Of a stretch of DNA of 64,000 nucleotides, positions 1-11,310 are shown piece by piece. Source of the stretch: Rhynchobatus australiae (lineage: Eukaryota); contig JAUZTB010000076.1 of NCBI GenBank assembly GCA_034780895.1, positions 47,858,203 to 47,922,202 of the forward strand. Reading direction: 5' to 3'. The notes beneath the pieces were generated by a model. The model was not told the origin of the DNA. It saw only the letters and a list, made by a program, of their open reading frames with translations, and searched no databases. The position numbers and the translations under genes were made by a program. Within the stretch, counting starts at the first letter, position 1. Every line of letters starts with the position of its first letter.

Positions 1-140
1 ACAACCTGAAGGTCTTTGGAATGTGGGAGGAAATAGGAGCACCCAGAGGAAATGCATGCAATGATAGAATGTTCAAACTGCACGCAACAGCACCAGGTTA
101 CCAGAACTGTGAGGCAGCGACTTTGTGGCTACACCTCTGT
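1..140 (-). mobile_element. HE1/V-SINE-like SINE fragment
   Basis: tgtgggaggaaataggagcacccagaggaaa...caaactgcac resembles the reverse complement of the V-domain; related to the + copy near 29650. Confidence 0.65.
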
Positions 141-591
141 GTGGACCATTTATTAATGCAGCCAGTTATTTGAGCTGAATGATTTGGCATTGAGAGGATT
201 AAATCAATGACCCTCTTGATTCTCTTGCATATTGGTTAATTTATTAACTTAATTAATGAAGTGCCAGGTATACTACTATGTGTTAGTTAATTTAGGGGGC
301 TCAGCATTTTTTAAAAAAGAAGTATCTGGATGAGCACTTAAATCGTCGAGGCACAGAAGGCAATGAACCATTTGCTGGTAATGGGATTTGTATAGATGAG
401 TTGGCATGGACATGATGGACCTGTTTCTCTGTCGTATGACTCTGAGATACCTTTTCAATGTAAATCTGCTTTTCAGTTAACTACTAATTTAATAAAATAT
501 CTGCCTGTTTGTGTACTCGATTATCTGAATATTTTTGGCTTTAAAATTTCTCTTCTGTGAAGAGTGGATATTTTTATTATGTTTATTTCAG

Positions 592-718
592 AGATGGACA
601 TTATGCCGGATGGTCAAGCCAAGGTTGCCAAGTGATCCAGTTTGAGTCTGAAATCACAGTCTGCTTTTGTAGCCATACAACTAACTTTGCTGTGTTGATG
701 CAGTACACTGAAATACAG
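592..718 (+). CDS. ADGRD2: Adhesion GPCR (ADGRD2/GPR144-like) exon: GPS motif and Stachel
   Basis: tttcAG acceptor, CAG|GTAGGT donor; encodes DGHYAGWSSQGCQVIQFESEITVCFCSHTTNFAVLMQYTEIQ, matching the GPS pattern W..GC...C.C.H.T.FA.LM. Confidence 0.93.
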
Positions 719-1418
719 GTAGGTTTGCGAATAGTCAGGGCATCCTCATTCCAGTCAAGAAAGCAATCCACAGACAGTGGTTTTACTTTCTGGTATACTT
801 ATTTGAGTGATGTGTGAGAACTTGGATCAACTTTTTTTTCTCAACCATAATGAAAATGGTGTTTATCAGTCTGTATGACATAGGGTGACTAAGAAATTAA
901 GATTTATGCATGATCGGGCTGATTGGGGAAGATTTTACACTTGGGAAACAATGCAGAGCTTTGTGTTCATGTATCAGTGCCTGCTGTGCTGAACCAACAG
1001 AGTTGACAATCCAGCATAACTCCTGGAAAACCAGTGTAACTTCTGTATCAATTAGACATATTTCACGCAGATCAATAAGGATTTTTTTGTGTGTGACAGA
1101 GTGACTGAACATGGCAAATGTGATTAAAAGTGTTTGCTGCATTGTGAAAAGCAGCATTTCCCACATTAAATGGTTTGAACCAAGAATAAAGATAAATTAT
1201 GATGACAACACAAATTTATCTGCTTGACTGCATTGATTTTTATAAAAATATTTGAAAGTTTTGCTTCTGATGCATGATTTCCTCGTGCTCATTGAAGATA
1301 CTGAAATCTTTCATGAAATTCATCAGCACAAATGTTTTGAGCAAGTGTCCCAAATTATTTGTTACCTTCAATTTTTTTTTGAATTGTGTCACATTGTTTT
1401 TGCGCCATGGTTTACATG

Positions 1419-1419
<1 letters not shown>

Positions 1420-1493
<74 letters not shown>
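1420..1493. repeat. (CA)n microsatellite running into a gap
   Basis: Uninterrupted CA repeat of about 37 units. Confidence 0.99.
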
Positions 1494-1780
1494 NNNNNNN
1501 NNTTGACAGAGTTTGAGCCATGAGGACCTCAGGGGATCAGTAAGGTGAAGGGCTGTGCCATATCTCATTTGGTGCCAGCTTCCCATTGACCATGTGGCAA
1601 GGAATACAATCATGATGAAAAGACATGGATATTAAAGGATATGATGGATGTTCTCTACAGATTTATCTCTTAGTGTGAATGATATGGAATGTAAAACATC
1701 TCTAAACAGGTGTCTACTGTATTGTATTTTATCAAATCAACAGTTTCTAGAACATTATATTGTTCTAATGTTCTATACAG

Positions 1781-1884
1781 TGGGGTGTGGAGACGGAGAC
1801 AATTTTAAACAAACTGACATTCATCGGATCTGGAGCCTCACTATGTGCCCTGGTGGTGACCTTGATTCTTTTCACTGTATTGGA
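1781..1884 (+). CDS. ADGRD2: ADGRD2-like exon: TM1
   Basis: tatacAG acceptor, GA|GTAAGT donor; phase 0 to 2; WGVETETILNKLTFIGSGASLCALVVTLILFTVL(D). Confidence 0.92.
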
Positions 1885-2055
1885 GTAAGTATTTTACTGC
1901 ATTTGTTTTTTTTGTGGGATTCCTGCTATGTGGAAGTTTTTGTTGTGTGTGGTACGATGAGGGACCATTCTCATCACATTATACGATCCCAACTGCAGTC
2001 ATCGGATAACTCTTTATCAAATGAGTGTAATTTGTCTCTCTGTTTAACTCTCTAG

Positions 2056-2158
2056 TATTCCAAAATCTGATCGCACCTCGATCCACAAAAACTTGTTTGT
2101 GGCTCTGATTGCAGCACAGGTAGTGTTACTGAGTAGTGACTCAGCTACAGACAGTAAG
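2056..2158 (+). CDS. ADGRD2: ADGRD2-like exon: ICL1/TM2
   Basis: ctctctAG acceptor, AAG|GTATGT donor; (D)IPKSDRTSIHKNLFVALIAAQVVLLSSDSATDSK with the family-B IH.NL motif; phases fit neighbouring exons. Confidence 0.93.
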
Positions 2159-2649
2159 GTATGTTTGGCCTCTGTGATACAGCAACTTGTCCTATTATAA
2201 TGCCTTTAGTGCATAAGCATATCCAAGGTATTTCATATATGTATGATAACAATAATTGATGTCTTCTAGATGGTTGAGCAACATTGTACTGTTAGTAATA
2301 GAGACAGAGTCCTGGAATATTATGCTTTGTAGCATAGTACCTTTTGAGAATAAACATTAAGGCTGAACAATATTTTGGAGTACCTCTCTTGAGACCAGAG
2401 GAATCATTTGGAGATCATGATCAGTAATATTCTGATCAAAATCACAGACTATGTTGCTTTGCTCTGTGAATCAATTCATCCTCAACATTATATCTAGGTT
2501 AACAAGTCTTTACCAAATAATTTTGAGTAACCATTCTGTTTTCAAGGGAAATTTTTCTTGTTCTGAAGTTGTATGTTACATGGTGTAATGATGATGATTG
2601 AATGGCAAATTATTCTAACAAGCAGACTTGTTTATTTTTATTGCCGTAA

Positions 2650-2940
2650 GTAATCAAAGAACAACTTGTATTTGCATAGTGTGTGTTCTAAAGCACTTAA
2701 TGCCCAGTAAAGTACTCTTTTGAAGTGTAGTCATTGCTTTGATGCAGGAAATGCAGCAGACAATTTGTGCACAACACTGTCACAGACAGCAATGAGCTCA
2801 TGATCAGATAACCTCTTATTTTAATGATGTTGGATGTTCTTTGAAATAGTGCCATGGGATCTTTTATGTCCACCTTAGTGAGCAGGTAGCAGTTTGGTTT
2901 AATCTCCATCCTGAATTTCACCTGTCTTTTTTATACTGGA
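2650..2940 (-). mobile_element. Deu-domain SINE (SacSINE1/AmnSINE-like) remnant
   Basis: gaaatagtgccatgggatcttttatgtccacc...ggtttaatctccatcc; similar to copies at 6750, 18560, 55150 and 59940. Confidence 0.6.
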
Positions 2941-3244
2941 GGGGTTGGTGTGGTAGGGGGAGGGAGGGTTGACAGTATGATTGCCTTCCCTCCCCTCACC
3001 CACCTTGTCCTAAAGCTCCAAGCAATGCAGAGTAATCTTATGAACCAATTGATGTGATTTCTTTTTGAATGAGTCCAGTTAGTGAGCACCATCATGATGG
3101 CTTAGTAGTGGGACAGTATATCGTCAAGTTTGACATGATCAGCTGACATTTGCACAGTGCACATTGGCCTGGTTTATTAATGCTTTAATTAATGCATTCA
3201 AGATACTAATAATGAGAGAAGTAATCTGTTGCATCTTTTTCTAG

Positions 3245-3398
3245 ACTGCCTGTACAGCTGTTACTGCTCTTCTGCATTTATTTTTTATGGCTGCTTTTGC
3301 ATGGATGATGGTGGAGGGGCTGCTTCTCTGGAGTAAAGTAGTTACTGTCAATCTGAGTGAGGAACGGAGAATGAAATATTACTATCTTATTGGATGGG
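3245..3398 (+). CDS. ADGRD2: ADGRD2-like exon: TM3/ICL2/start of TM4
   Basis: ttttctAG acceptor, G|GTAGGT donor; TACTAVTALLHLFFMAAFAWMMVEGLLLWSKVVTVNLSEERRMKYYYLIGW(G). EGLLLW.KVV resembles GPR144 as recalled. Confidence 0.95.
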
Positions 3399-5019
3399 GT
3401 AGGTTACTTGAAGACTACACTGTTTTACTCATGAAACTATAGTTTCCCAGCTTGGGTTGTTAATACTGCACTTGTGTACTGTTGAAGTAAATGATGCTGT
3501 TTTACAAATGACCAATTTATGTAAAATGTGAACTGTGGCTTGTAGTTCATAGGTTTATTTAAAATTATTGTGCGGGTTTGGTTTTAACTTTAGCTTAATG
3601 CTGACAAACCTGAAGTTTCAGTGTCTAAGTTCAGAGTTCAAGATGATGTAGAAATTAGGACGGAAATGTTATTTTTCCCAATGGGTTTCCCAATTATTGC
3701 AATAATCAGAGAAGCCAGACACTGAATTCCACATAAAATATCTTTGTGTAAAAACAGAGAAAATGTATATTAAATGCTTGTACAATAATGTTATCATAAT
3801 TTGTTTTGTGGGAACAATGAATTTTAAATAACATTTAATGGTTGTAAGTAAGTCCAATGAGTTGAGAGATTATGCACTTGCTAACACCTTTTTTAATGAG
3901 AACAGGTTCAGAGCAACTGGAGAAATTAAAAGGGATAAATTTATAAGCACATTTCTGGATATTAAGTTTACTACATCAGTGCAATTATATTAAATTGCTG
4001 AAGGTCTACAATACAGGTCATGTGCTTGTGAGTCTTGGCAATCTGTCCTGTGAAGCCCAAGTAACTGAAGTGTTTATATCTGACTCATTGGATAGTCTGG
4101 TTAAAATTTAGTTGATCTGAAAATTGGAAGGTGATGATGTTCATGTGTTTCTCATGGTTGAAAGAATTCAAAATAAGAAAACCACAATTTTAGTTTTGCA
4201 TATTGAGGAAAATGAGTTAATAGGGGGCATTGACATGGACTTTTCACAGCTACGACAACTATTACAGTCCTTGATTTATTGAATGAAGTCTTTTTTTGGG
4301 TTGGCATTGCTTCAGGAATGTTTTTTGTTCATGAGAGAGAATTTTAAATGCCAAATCTATTGTTACATATTAATTATCTATGCAAAAAGTTGAAAATACA
4401 ATTCTATAGCAGGGTATTCTGGCAGTTCACAAAATACTTAATAACCAGGTGTAATGTAACATGAAAGTGTCTACATACAGTTGATACTGTGTCATGGATT
4501 GCTAACATTCTTAATGCTATTAGAGTCGTGTGTTGGTCATGCAATATGGACATAACTTTGCTCCATGCCAAAAATCTCATTCATCCTTCTTTAATTATAC
4601 AGAAAGGAAACCAACATTTTGGAGTTACCAGACTTTTGATACTTTATTCCAAATGCTAGATAGCATGCAGTTGATTCAGCTATATAGTGTTTAAAAAAAA
4701 ATGATTTTAGGTCACGAGTTTAAAGAGTCATTATAACAGAGAATTGAAGAAGGCATAACCAGTTAATTCATGGAAATGGTGCGTTTATCACAATTTGTTA
4801 AATTTGTGGACAGCTACATGCAGGTTAAAACTGAGGGTTTCCTCAATGTGCTTTAGGACTAGCATTCTTCTAATTGGGAGAGACTTAATGGGTTAACGTG
4901 GCAGTTAGATGCCTATTATGATTCTTTGTGTTATGTGTTGCTAATAGCCAGGCTGTGGGATGTACCCAGCTGACCATATTATAATAGAAAGAGGAAATAA
5001 CGAGCCAACATGATGACAG

Positions 5020-5450
5020 GCAGAAATGACCAGTTCAGACATAAAAAGTGAGTTAACTATAGTTGGAAAATTTGATATTAAATCCTGAAGACTGCAGCAT
5101 GTCCAGATGGAAGATGAGGTGTTATTCCTCAAGCTTGTGTTGGAACCCATTCTAACAGTGCAGAAAGCACAGATGGATCAGAGTGGGAGAGGTATGGTGA
5201 TTAAAATGGCAGGCAACTGGAGGGTCACTTTTCCAAATTGAATACAGGTGTTCCACAAATCAATCACCCAATCAGCATTTGGTCTCTCTCGTGTAGAGGA
5301 GATCACATTATGAACAGTGAATACGTACATGGGATTGGAAGAAGTTTGTGAGTTTGCTGCTTTATCTGCAGAGACTGCTTGGGTTCCTAGATGTTGGGAA
5401 GGGAAAATGGGTGAGACAGGTGTTGCCACTCAGATTATATGGGAAAGTGC
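5020..5450 (-). mobile_element. Penelope-like element remnant (GIY-YIG region)
   Basis: Reverse strand gives QTSSNPMY...RERPNADWVIDLWNTC, a frameshifted version of TSSNLVYCI...GETKRRLGDRF.EHL; similar to 44700-45060. Confidence 0.7.
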
Positions 5451-5689
5451 ACGCAGGTTTTTATTGGATATGTGAAGTATATTCTGAGTAAAAGCAGTCC
5501 AACTCTTATTAATTCCTTTGGAAAAGAGAAAACTGAATCATATCTTAGAATGAGACTGAAAGCTTTAGGATGAGGGCTGATGCTTAAATTCTCTATGCAA
5601 CTGGGTGTTCAGTTTAGTTGTTCAGAGTTAGATTGTGTGAGATTTGCAAGGCTTTTCACAGAAATAAAAACCTTTTGAGGTTCATCGGG

Positions 5690-6035
5690 TTGTGAGGGGT
5701 ATAGATAGAATAGACAATCAGATTCTTTTTTCTCAGGTCTGTGGAGTCTTAAAAACTGGAGGATACAGGTTTAAGGTGACAGGGGAGAAACTTAAAGGAG
5801 ATTGGAGGATTAAGTTTTTCACACAGGAAGTTGGTTATCTGAATAAGCTGCCAGAGCAGGTGGAAGAGGCAGATATGATTACAATGACTAAAAGGCATTT
5901 GTACAGGTACTTGGGTAGGAAAGGTGTGGAGGGACACAGGCCTAATGCAGGCAATGGGATTGTGTAGATTGGGATCACAGCTGACATGGATGAGGTGGGC
6001 CAAAGGGCCTGTTTCTGTGTTGTACGCTTCTATGA
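5690..6035 (+). mobile_element. CR1-like (HER1-type) LINE 3' end
   Basis: ORF 5692-5967 MRGIDRID...KTGGYRFKV...FFTQEV...NKLPEQV, a typical CR1 RT C-terminus; tail gggccaaagggcctgtttctgtgttgta. Confidence 0.85.
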
Positions 6036-6353
6036 AATGTGACCAAGTCCAAGTTCCTAAAAAGTCCTTCAGGAAGTTGAATGTACTTTGCTATAGAATA
6101 TATGAGAAGGAAATTTGGATGTAGACTTGCATGAAATTGACAATAGAGGTAACCTGGATGTGATTTGATCTGGTATTATTTTGGTTTGTAATTAAAACTA
6201 ACAAGTTATGTTTATTTACATGTTAGGAAGGTACAGAAATATCAACCTTTTGGACTTGAAGCTACCAGCATCTTGTGACGATCCATTAGTTATCATCAGT
6301 TTTTCCAATTTGTTCAAACCTGTCATTATTTATATCTTACATTTTGATTTTAG

Positions 6354-6497
6354 GTATTCCAGTTCTAATAGTAACTATCACACTGGCAGCAGCACACGAC
6401 AAGTACNNNNNNNNNNATTGCTGATCGGTACTGCTGGCTGAATGTTCACAATGGAGTAATTTGGGCCTTTGTTGGGCCAGTGATCTTCATTATTATG
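6354..6497 (+). CDS. ADGRD2: ADGRD2-like exon: TM4/ECL2/TM5, interrupted by a 10-N gap at 6407-6416
   Basis: attttAG acceptor, ATG|GTAAGT donor; (G)IPVLIVTITLAAAHDKY[gap]IADRYCWLNVHNGVIWAFVGPVIFIIM with CWL and WAFVGP motifs. Confidence 0.93.
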
Positions 6498-6749
6498 GTA
6501 AGTGTAATCAACTTCGTGATCAATTGACTTTAAAATCTAGGCACTTCAGTGCACCGTATCTCGCTGTTTGTTGGAATTTGCAGTGTTCATTTGGTTTATC
6601 AAGACTTCCCCAAATTTTCTTCAACTGCATGCAACTGTGGTGAGTTTGTTTAGGATTGCTTGTGATAGGATAATTGCCCCCAAGGTTATAGGTGCAAACA
6701 CCATTCAGGGACTTGAATGCATTACCAACCTAATTCGAACAGCACTCTG

Positions 6750-7040
6750 CAAGTCCTACGTTGTTGGAGGTGCTGCCTCTCAGGTGAGATGTTAACTGAG
6801 GCCGAAACTGTCCTCCCAACTGAGTGAAAAAGATTGTGTTGAATTTTTTGTTTATCATGGCAGTTCACCCGGTATTCTAGAGAACATGTATCCCACAACA
6901 GACAGATTATCTGGTCACCTGGTGTGGAGCCTTCTGTGGCAAATTTGCTGGAAAGTTTTTTAAACTTTCAATAGTGATTATACATTAAAGTACTTCAGCT
7001 TCTCTGAAGCACTTTGGGAGGTGTGCTGCCAAAGTTTGTC
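6750..7040 (+). mobile_element. Deu-domain SINE remnant
   Basis: ggaggtgctgcctctcaggtgagatgttaactgagg...acagattatctggtca...gaagcactttggga. Confidence 0.55.
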
Positions 7041-7430
7041 CTCCCTTTCTTCACTTTGAAGTGAATAAAATTCACCTCTGTCTTGCCTTCCGCAGAGAGT
7101 TTTAATATTAACTTGGGACTTGCTACTCCAAAAAAAACACTTGTGTATTGAAAGCTGAAAATTTTCCATTGAAGTGGACAGTAAACATATTGAGCAGCAG
7201 CTAAATGATGTATAAACTAGGCTAGATTTCTAAGAGTTCGATGGTACATGTAGTCTGGTTTTGTCAACACCTGTTGAACCCTACTTGTCTTTTATAAGTT
7301 TATTCATATTAAACTCTCCAAACAATTTTGTCGTTCATGTATCTTAGCTTCAAAAAGTTACCTCTAAATTACATTTGGGTTAATTTTTTCTGGTATTGCT
7401 ACCGAATCAATTATATTTATTTTTGGACAG

Positions 7431-7546
7431 GTGAACATGTTTGTGCTTACACGAGTTGTGCTGATCACCATGTCAACAGCCAAGCGACGTGCAATCATGC
7501 TTGCTGTTAACAGCAGTCCCATGGAGCAAGCCTACGATCAGATAAG
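7431..7546 (+). CDS. ADGRD2: ADGRD2-like exon: end of TM5/ICL3
   Basis: ggacAG acceptor, AG|GTAAGA donor; VNMFVLTRVVLITMSTAKRRAIMLAVNSSPMEQAYDQI(R). Confidence 0.92.
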
Positions 7547-8056
7547 GTAAGAAATGTTGTGTGAATGATGGTCCTCTAGAGGGTGGTATTGAATCACTTT
7601 GGNNNNNNNNNNNNNNNNNNNNNNNNNNNNNNNNNNNNNNNNNNNNNNNNNNNNNNNNNNNNNNNNNNNNNNNNNNNNNNNNTAAGGCAGATAATGCTGG
7701 AAACATGGAGCTTACCATGAAACATCATGGAAAGAACCCACCACTAATGATTCAGGCTTGCACTTTATTTAGAACCCTTAAGTAATTGACTTCTCAGAAA
7801 AAATGTATTGTCCAAATTTTGCCATCATTTCCCACTCCTTGAGTTTACCCCTTCATGTAGTCATATTGGGTAATGACATAACTGTATTCCCTGGGAGCAA
7901 CATTGCATGTAGAATGACTATAATTACATTAAATAGTTATTTCTGTCACTCTGACGTTGAGTTGACTGCATGAAGCAGGCGTTGTGGTTTGTCTTGTTAT
8001 CACAAGACCATGTTGTGCGTGGTTTGCTTCATTCTGATGTTAGTGTTGTGTTGCAG

Positions 8057-8177
8057 GGCTGCAGTGAAAGCTGTGCTGGTACTGTTGCCCATTCTGGGAC
8101 TCACATGGCTCTGTGGAGTACTTGTTCCACTCTCTGTTGTGATGGCATATATCTTTGTGATACTCAATTCCCTGCAG
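8057..8177 (+). CDS. ADGRD2: ADGRD2-like exon: TM6/ECL3/first half of TM7
   Basis: ttgcAG acceptor, CAG|GTGAGT donor; (R)AAVKAVLVLLPILGLTWLCGVLVPLSVVMAYIFVILNSLQ with LLP.LGLTW and NSLQ motifs. Confidence 0.95.
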
Positions 8178-8974
8178 GTGAGTGACAATTTTTCTTTCAA
8201 TCTATGTTATTAGGGCATAAGTTCTTTGAGTTTTGCAATAAGCTGTCCTTGCTGAACATTTAGTCGTGAATGTATAAGAGCAATTCGTTGCTTCTTTCAT
8301 TGTTCAATAGGCTGCGTTGCTTAAAAAAAAGTTAGATCCATTTCCAGCTTATTTTTCTAAATGTCTGCACTCTAACTTTGTATGCCCATTCAAAGAATCG
8401 TTCTCTGAACTCCAGTCTTTACTCGGAAATATTTCANNNNNNNNNNGTAATAGGAACACGAGCATTTTATTTTCAGTAGCATTCCATGACTGGCAAAGAT
8501 TAAATTGTCATCTTTTACAAGTAAATTAATACTTCACAGGTTGGCAGTGAAAGAAAGGAATATTTTGACATCTGCTTTTCAGTGAACTGGTAAACTAGTC
8601 TTATAATCTTGAAGTATTTTCGTGTTGGGTGAAGTTTTTGACTTGTGCCGCAGATTTTTTTTCCTGGAACTTTGGCAGAAAGCACATTTTTAAATTACAT
8701 GCGGTTGTGCTGAGATTCTCTCTGACAAATGTTTATTTGAGTGTTCTTCAAGTCTTGTTTTTAGTACTGTGCCTTAGTGCATGTGCTTGCATGTGCCTGA
8801 GGTAGACAAACTTTAACAACAGTTTTGTATTTAATTACAGTATTTTGGTTCCATTGGTTTTCTTTCTCTCAAACAACCTTCAACTGCCTGCTTCCAAATC
8901 CAGTCGGTAACAGGTCAAGAGTATATCTGATAATTTGTGCTCTCTACATAGCAGTCTGACAATGTTTGGAAGGA

Positions 8975-9472
8975 ATCAGAAGAGCGTAAAAAGTAGGAGT
9001 AGGCCACTCAGCCCTTCAACCCTGTCCTGCCATTCAATAACATCATGGCTGTTCAACTCCTCTTCTGTGCCAGTTCTCCGTAGTCTTCAATTCCCTGATC
9101 TTTCAAAACTTGTAACTACTTTATCCTTAAATACCCCTAGTAATCTAGCCTCCACAATCCTCGGGGGTAGAGAATTTCACAGACTTGCTACCCTTCGAGA
9201 TGATAAGTTTCTAAGCACCTCAACTTTAAATGACTGCCCCCTACTTTTGTAACTTGTGTATCCCTTGCTTGCAATCCTCTCACTCACATAAACTTCTCGA
9301 CATCTACCCTGTTATGCCTTATAGCACCTTGTATGTTCTGATAAGATCACCCCTCATTCTCTAAACTCCAGTCATTTCTTCAGCCACTTGTGATAGGACA
9401 AACCTCTCATCCCAGGAATTAAATTCTGCAAATCTCTTTTGGACTGACTCCAAGGCAAGTATATCCTTTATT
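8975..9472 (-). mobile_element. CR1-like LINE 3' fragment
   Basis: aggagtaggccactcagccctt tail; reverse translation IKDILALESVQKRF next to the gap. Confidence 0.8.
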
Positions 9473-10689
9473 NNNNNNNNNNNNNNNNNNNNNNNNNNNN
9501 NNNNNNNNNNNNNNNNNNNNNNNNNNNNNNNNNNNNNNNNNNNNNNNNNNNNNNNNNNNNNNNNNNNNNNNNNNNNNNNNNNNNNNNNNNNNNNNNNNNN
9601 NNNNNNNNNNNNNNNNNNNNNNNNNNNNNNNNNNNNNNNNNNNNNNNNNNNNNNNNNNNNNNNNNNNNNNNNNNNNNNNNNNNNNNNNNNNNNNNNNNNN
9701 NNNNNNNNNNNNNNNNNNNNNNNNNNNNNNNNNNNNNNNNNNNNNNNNNNNNNNNNNNNNNNNNNNNNNNNNNNNNNNNNNNNNNNNNNNNNNNNNNNNN
9801 NNNNNNNNNNNNNNNNNNNNNNNNNNNNNNNNNNNNNNNNNNNNNNNNNNNNNNNNNNNNNNNNNNNNNNNNNNNNNNNNNNNNNNNNNNNNNNNNNNNN
9901 NNNNNNNNNNNNNNNNNNNNNNNNNNNNNNNNNNNNNNNNNNNNNNNNNNNNNNNNNNNNNNNNNNNNNNNNNNNNNNNNNNNNNNNNNNNNNNNNNNNN
10001 NNNNNNNNNNNNNNNNNNNNNNNNNNNNNNNNNNNNNNNNNNNNNNNNNNNNNNNNNNNNNNNNNNNNNNNNNNNNNNNNNNNNNNNNNNNNNNNNNNNN
10101 NNNNNNNNNNNNNNNNNNNNNNNNNNNNNNNNNNNNNNNNNNNNNNNNNNGGGCTACAGTCCAGAAAATTACTACAAAGTCTGTACGGAGTAATCCAAGG
10201 AAGTTCAGCAGATACCTGAATTAATATCACTTATTTATCGAGCTAAATTTGAATGTATGTGGAATCCAAGCTCTTGTAAATAGATAATGGTAGTGAAGCA
10301 AATTTACAGGCAATAAATGTTTCCTTAGCCTTGTTGTTGAACCAGTTTTCATTTATCATTGTGATTTTGTCTTAATTGAAATGGTACGTTAACCTTTCAG
10401 TAGATTTGCAATGACCAAGATCAATATTGAATCCGATGAGAATTTGTCTGGAATATTTAAATTGCCATTGGCTGGGAGAACAGCAGTGCCATCTGACTAA
10501 TCACACAGTGCTCAAATGAATGCAGCTGCCATCATCCTGCTTTTCCAGAAAACCTTTTAGATGTTCAATTTTCTGTGTTTGGGTAAATTTCCTGCTTCTA
10601 GGAGCAGTTGTCTTGAAGTCCATAGAGTACATGCTGAAGGATAACTCAATCCACAAGTGATGTTTTATTTGCTGTAGTTTAAACATAGG

Positions 10690-10995
10690 AAGATTTTATC
10701 CTTTCATCAGAAATGTATAAAAAATGTATGATGCAGGGAAGCCATTCAGCCCACTGAGTCTGTGATGGTTGAGAGAGCCACCAAAATTAATCGCACCTCC
10801 CATCACTTGGTCCGTGACCGTGCATGCCCCAGTCTTCAACTGCTCATCGGGCCTTTCTTTAAATGTGGTGAGGATTTCTCCCTCTACAATCCTTTCAGCA
10901 AGTGAGATTCTAACCACTCTCTCTCTAGTGAAAACATCTCACCTTGTGCTCTGATCCAACTGCCAGTTTAAGTCTTTGCCCCTGTTTTAGACCCC
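10690..10995 (-). mobile_element. CR1-like LINE 3' end
   Basis: Reverse ORF MVRISLAERIVEGEILTTFKERPDEQL; gccattcagccc tail. Confidence 0.7.
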
Positions 10996-11029
10996 TCTGT
11001 CACAACGTCAAATGTATGAAAACCACCTT

Positions 11030-11310
11030 TAGTTACAAAATAAGGGGCCAGCCATTTAAAATGTAGATGTGTAGAAATTTCTTTTCATAGAGGGTGGTGA
11101 ATCTCTGGAATTCTCTACCCAAGAGGTTTGTGGAAGCTTGATCATTAGGAGTATTTAAGGTGGAGGTAAGTACTTTTTGAATGACCTGAGGGCTCTGGGG
11201 AACTGACTTGGACAAGGAGTTGAGGCCAGAATAGATCAGCCGTGATCAAATTGAATGGCGGGGCAGGCTTGAGGGACCTGGGGGCCAGCTCCTCTTATTT
11301 CATTGTTTTC
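11030..11310 (+). mobile_element. CR1-like LINE 3' end
   Basis: aaataaggggccagccatttaa...aatttcttttcatagagggtggtgaatctctggaattctctacc (FF..RVVNLWNSLP). Confidence 0.85.

Noticed and set aside
1240-1613. ORFs with HT/CV repeats
   Set aside because: Translations of the (CA)n microsatellite
9361-10230. Long ORFs in the track (also 45452-46081, 48505-49119, 61444-62061)
   Set aside because: They consist mostly of X from N gaps
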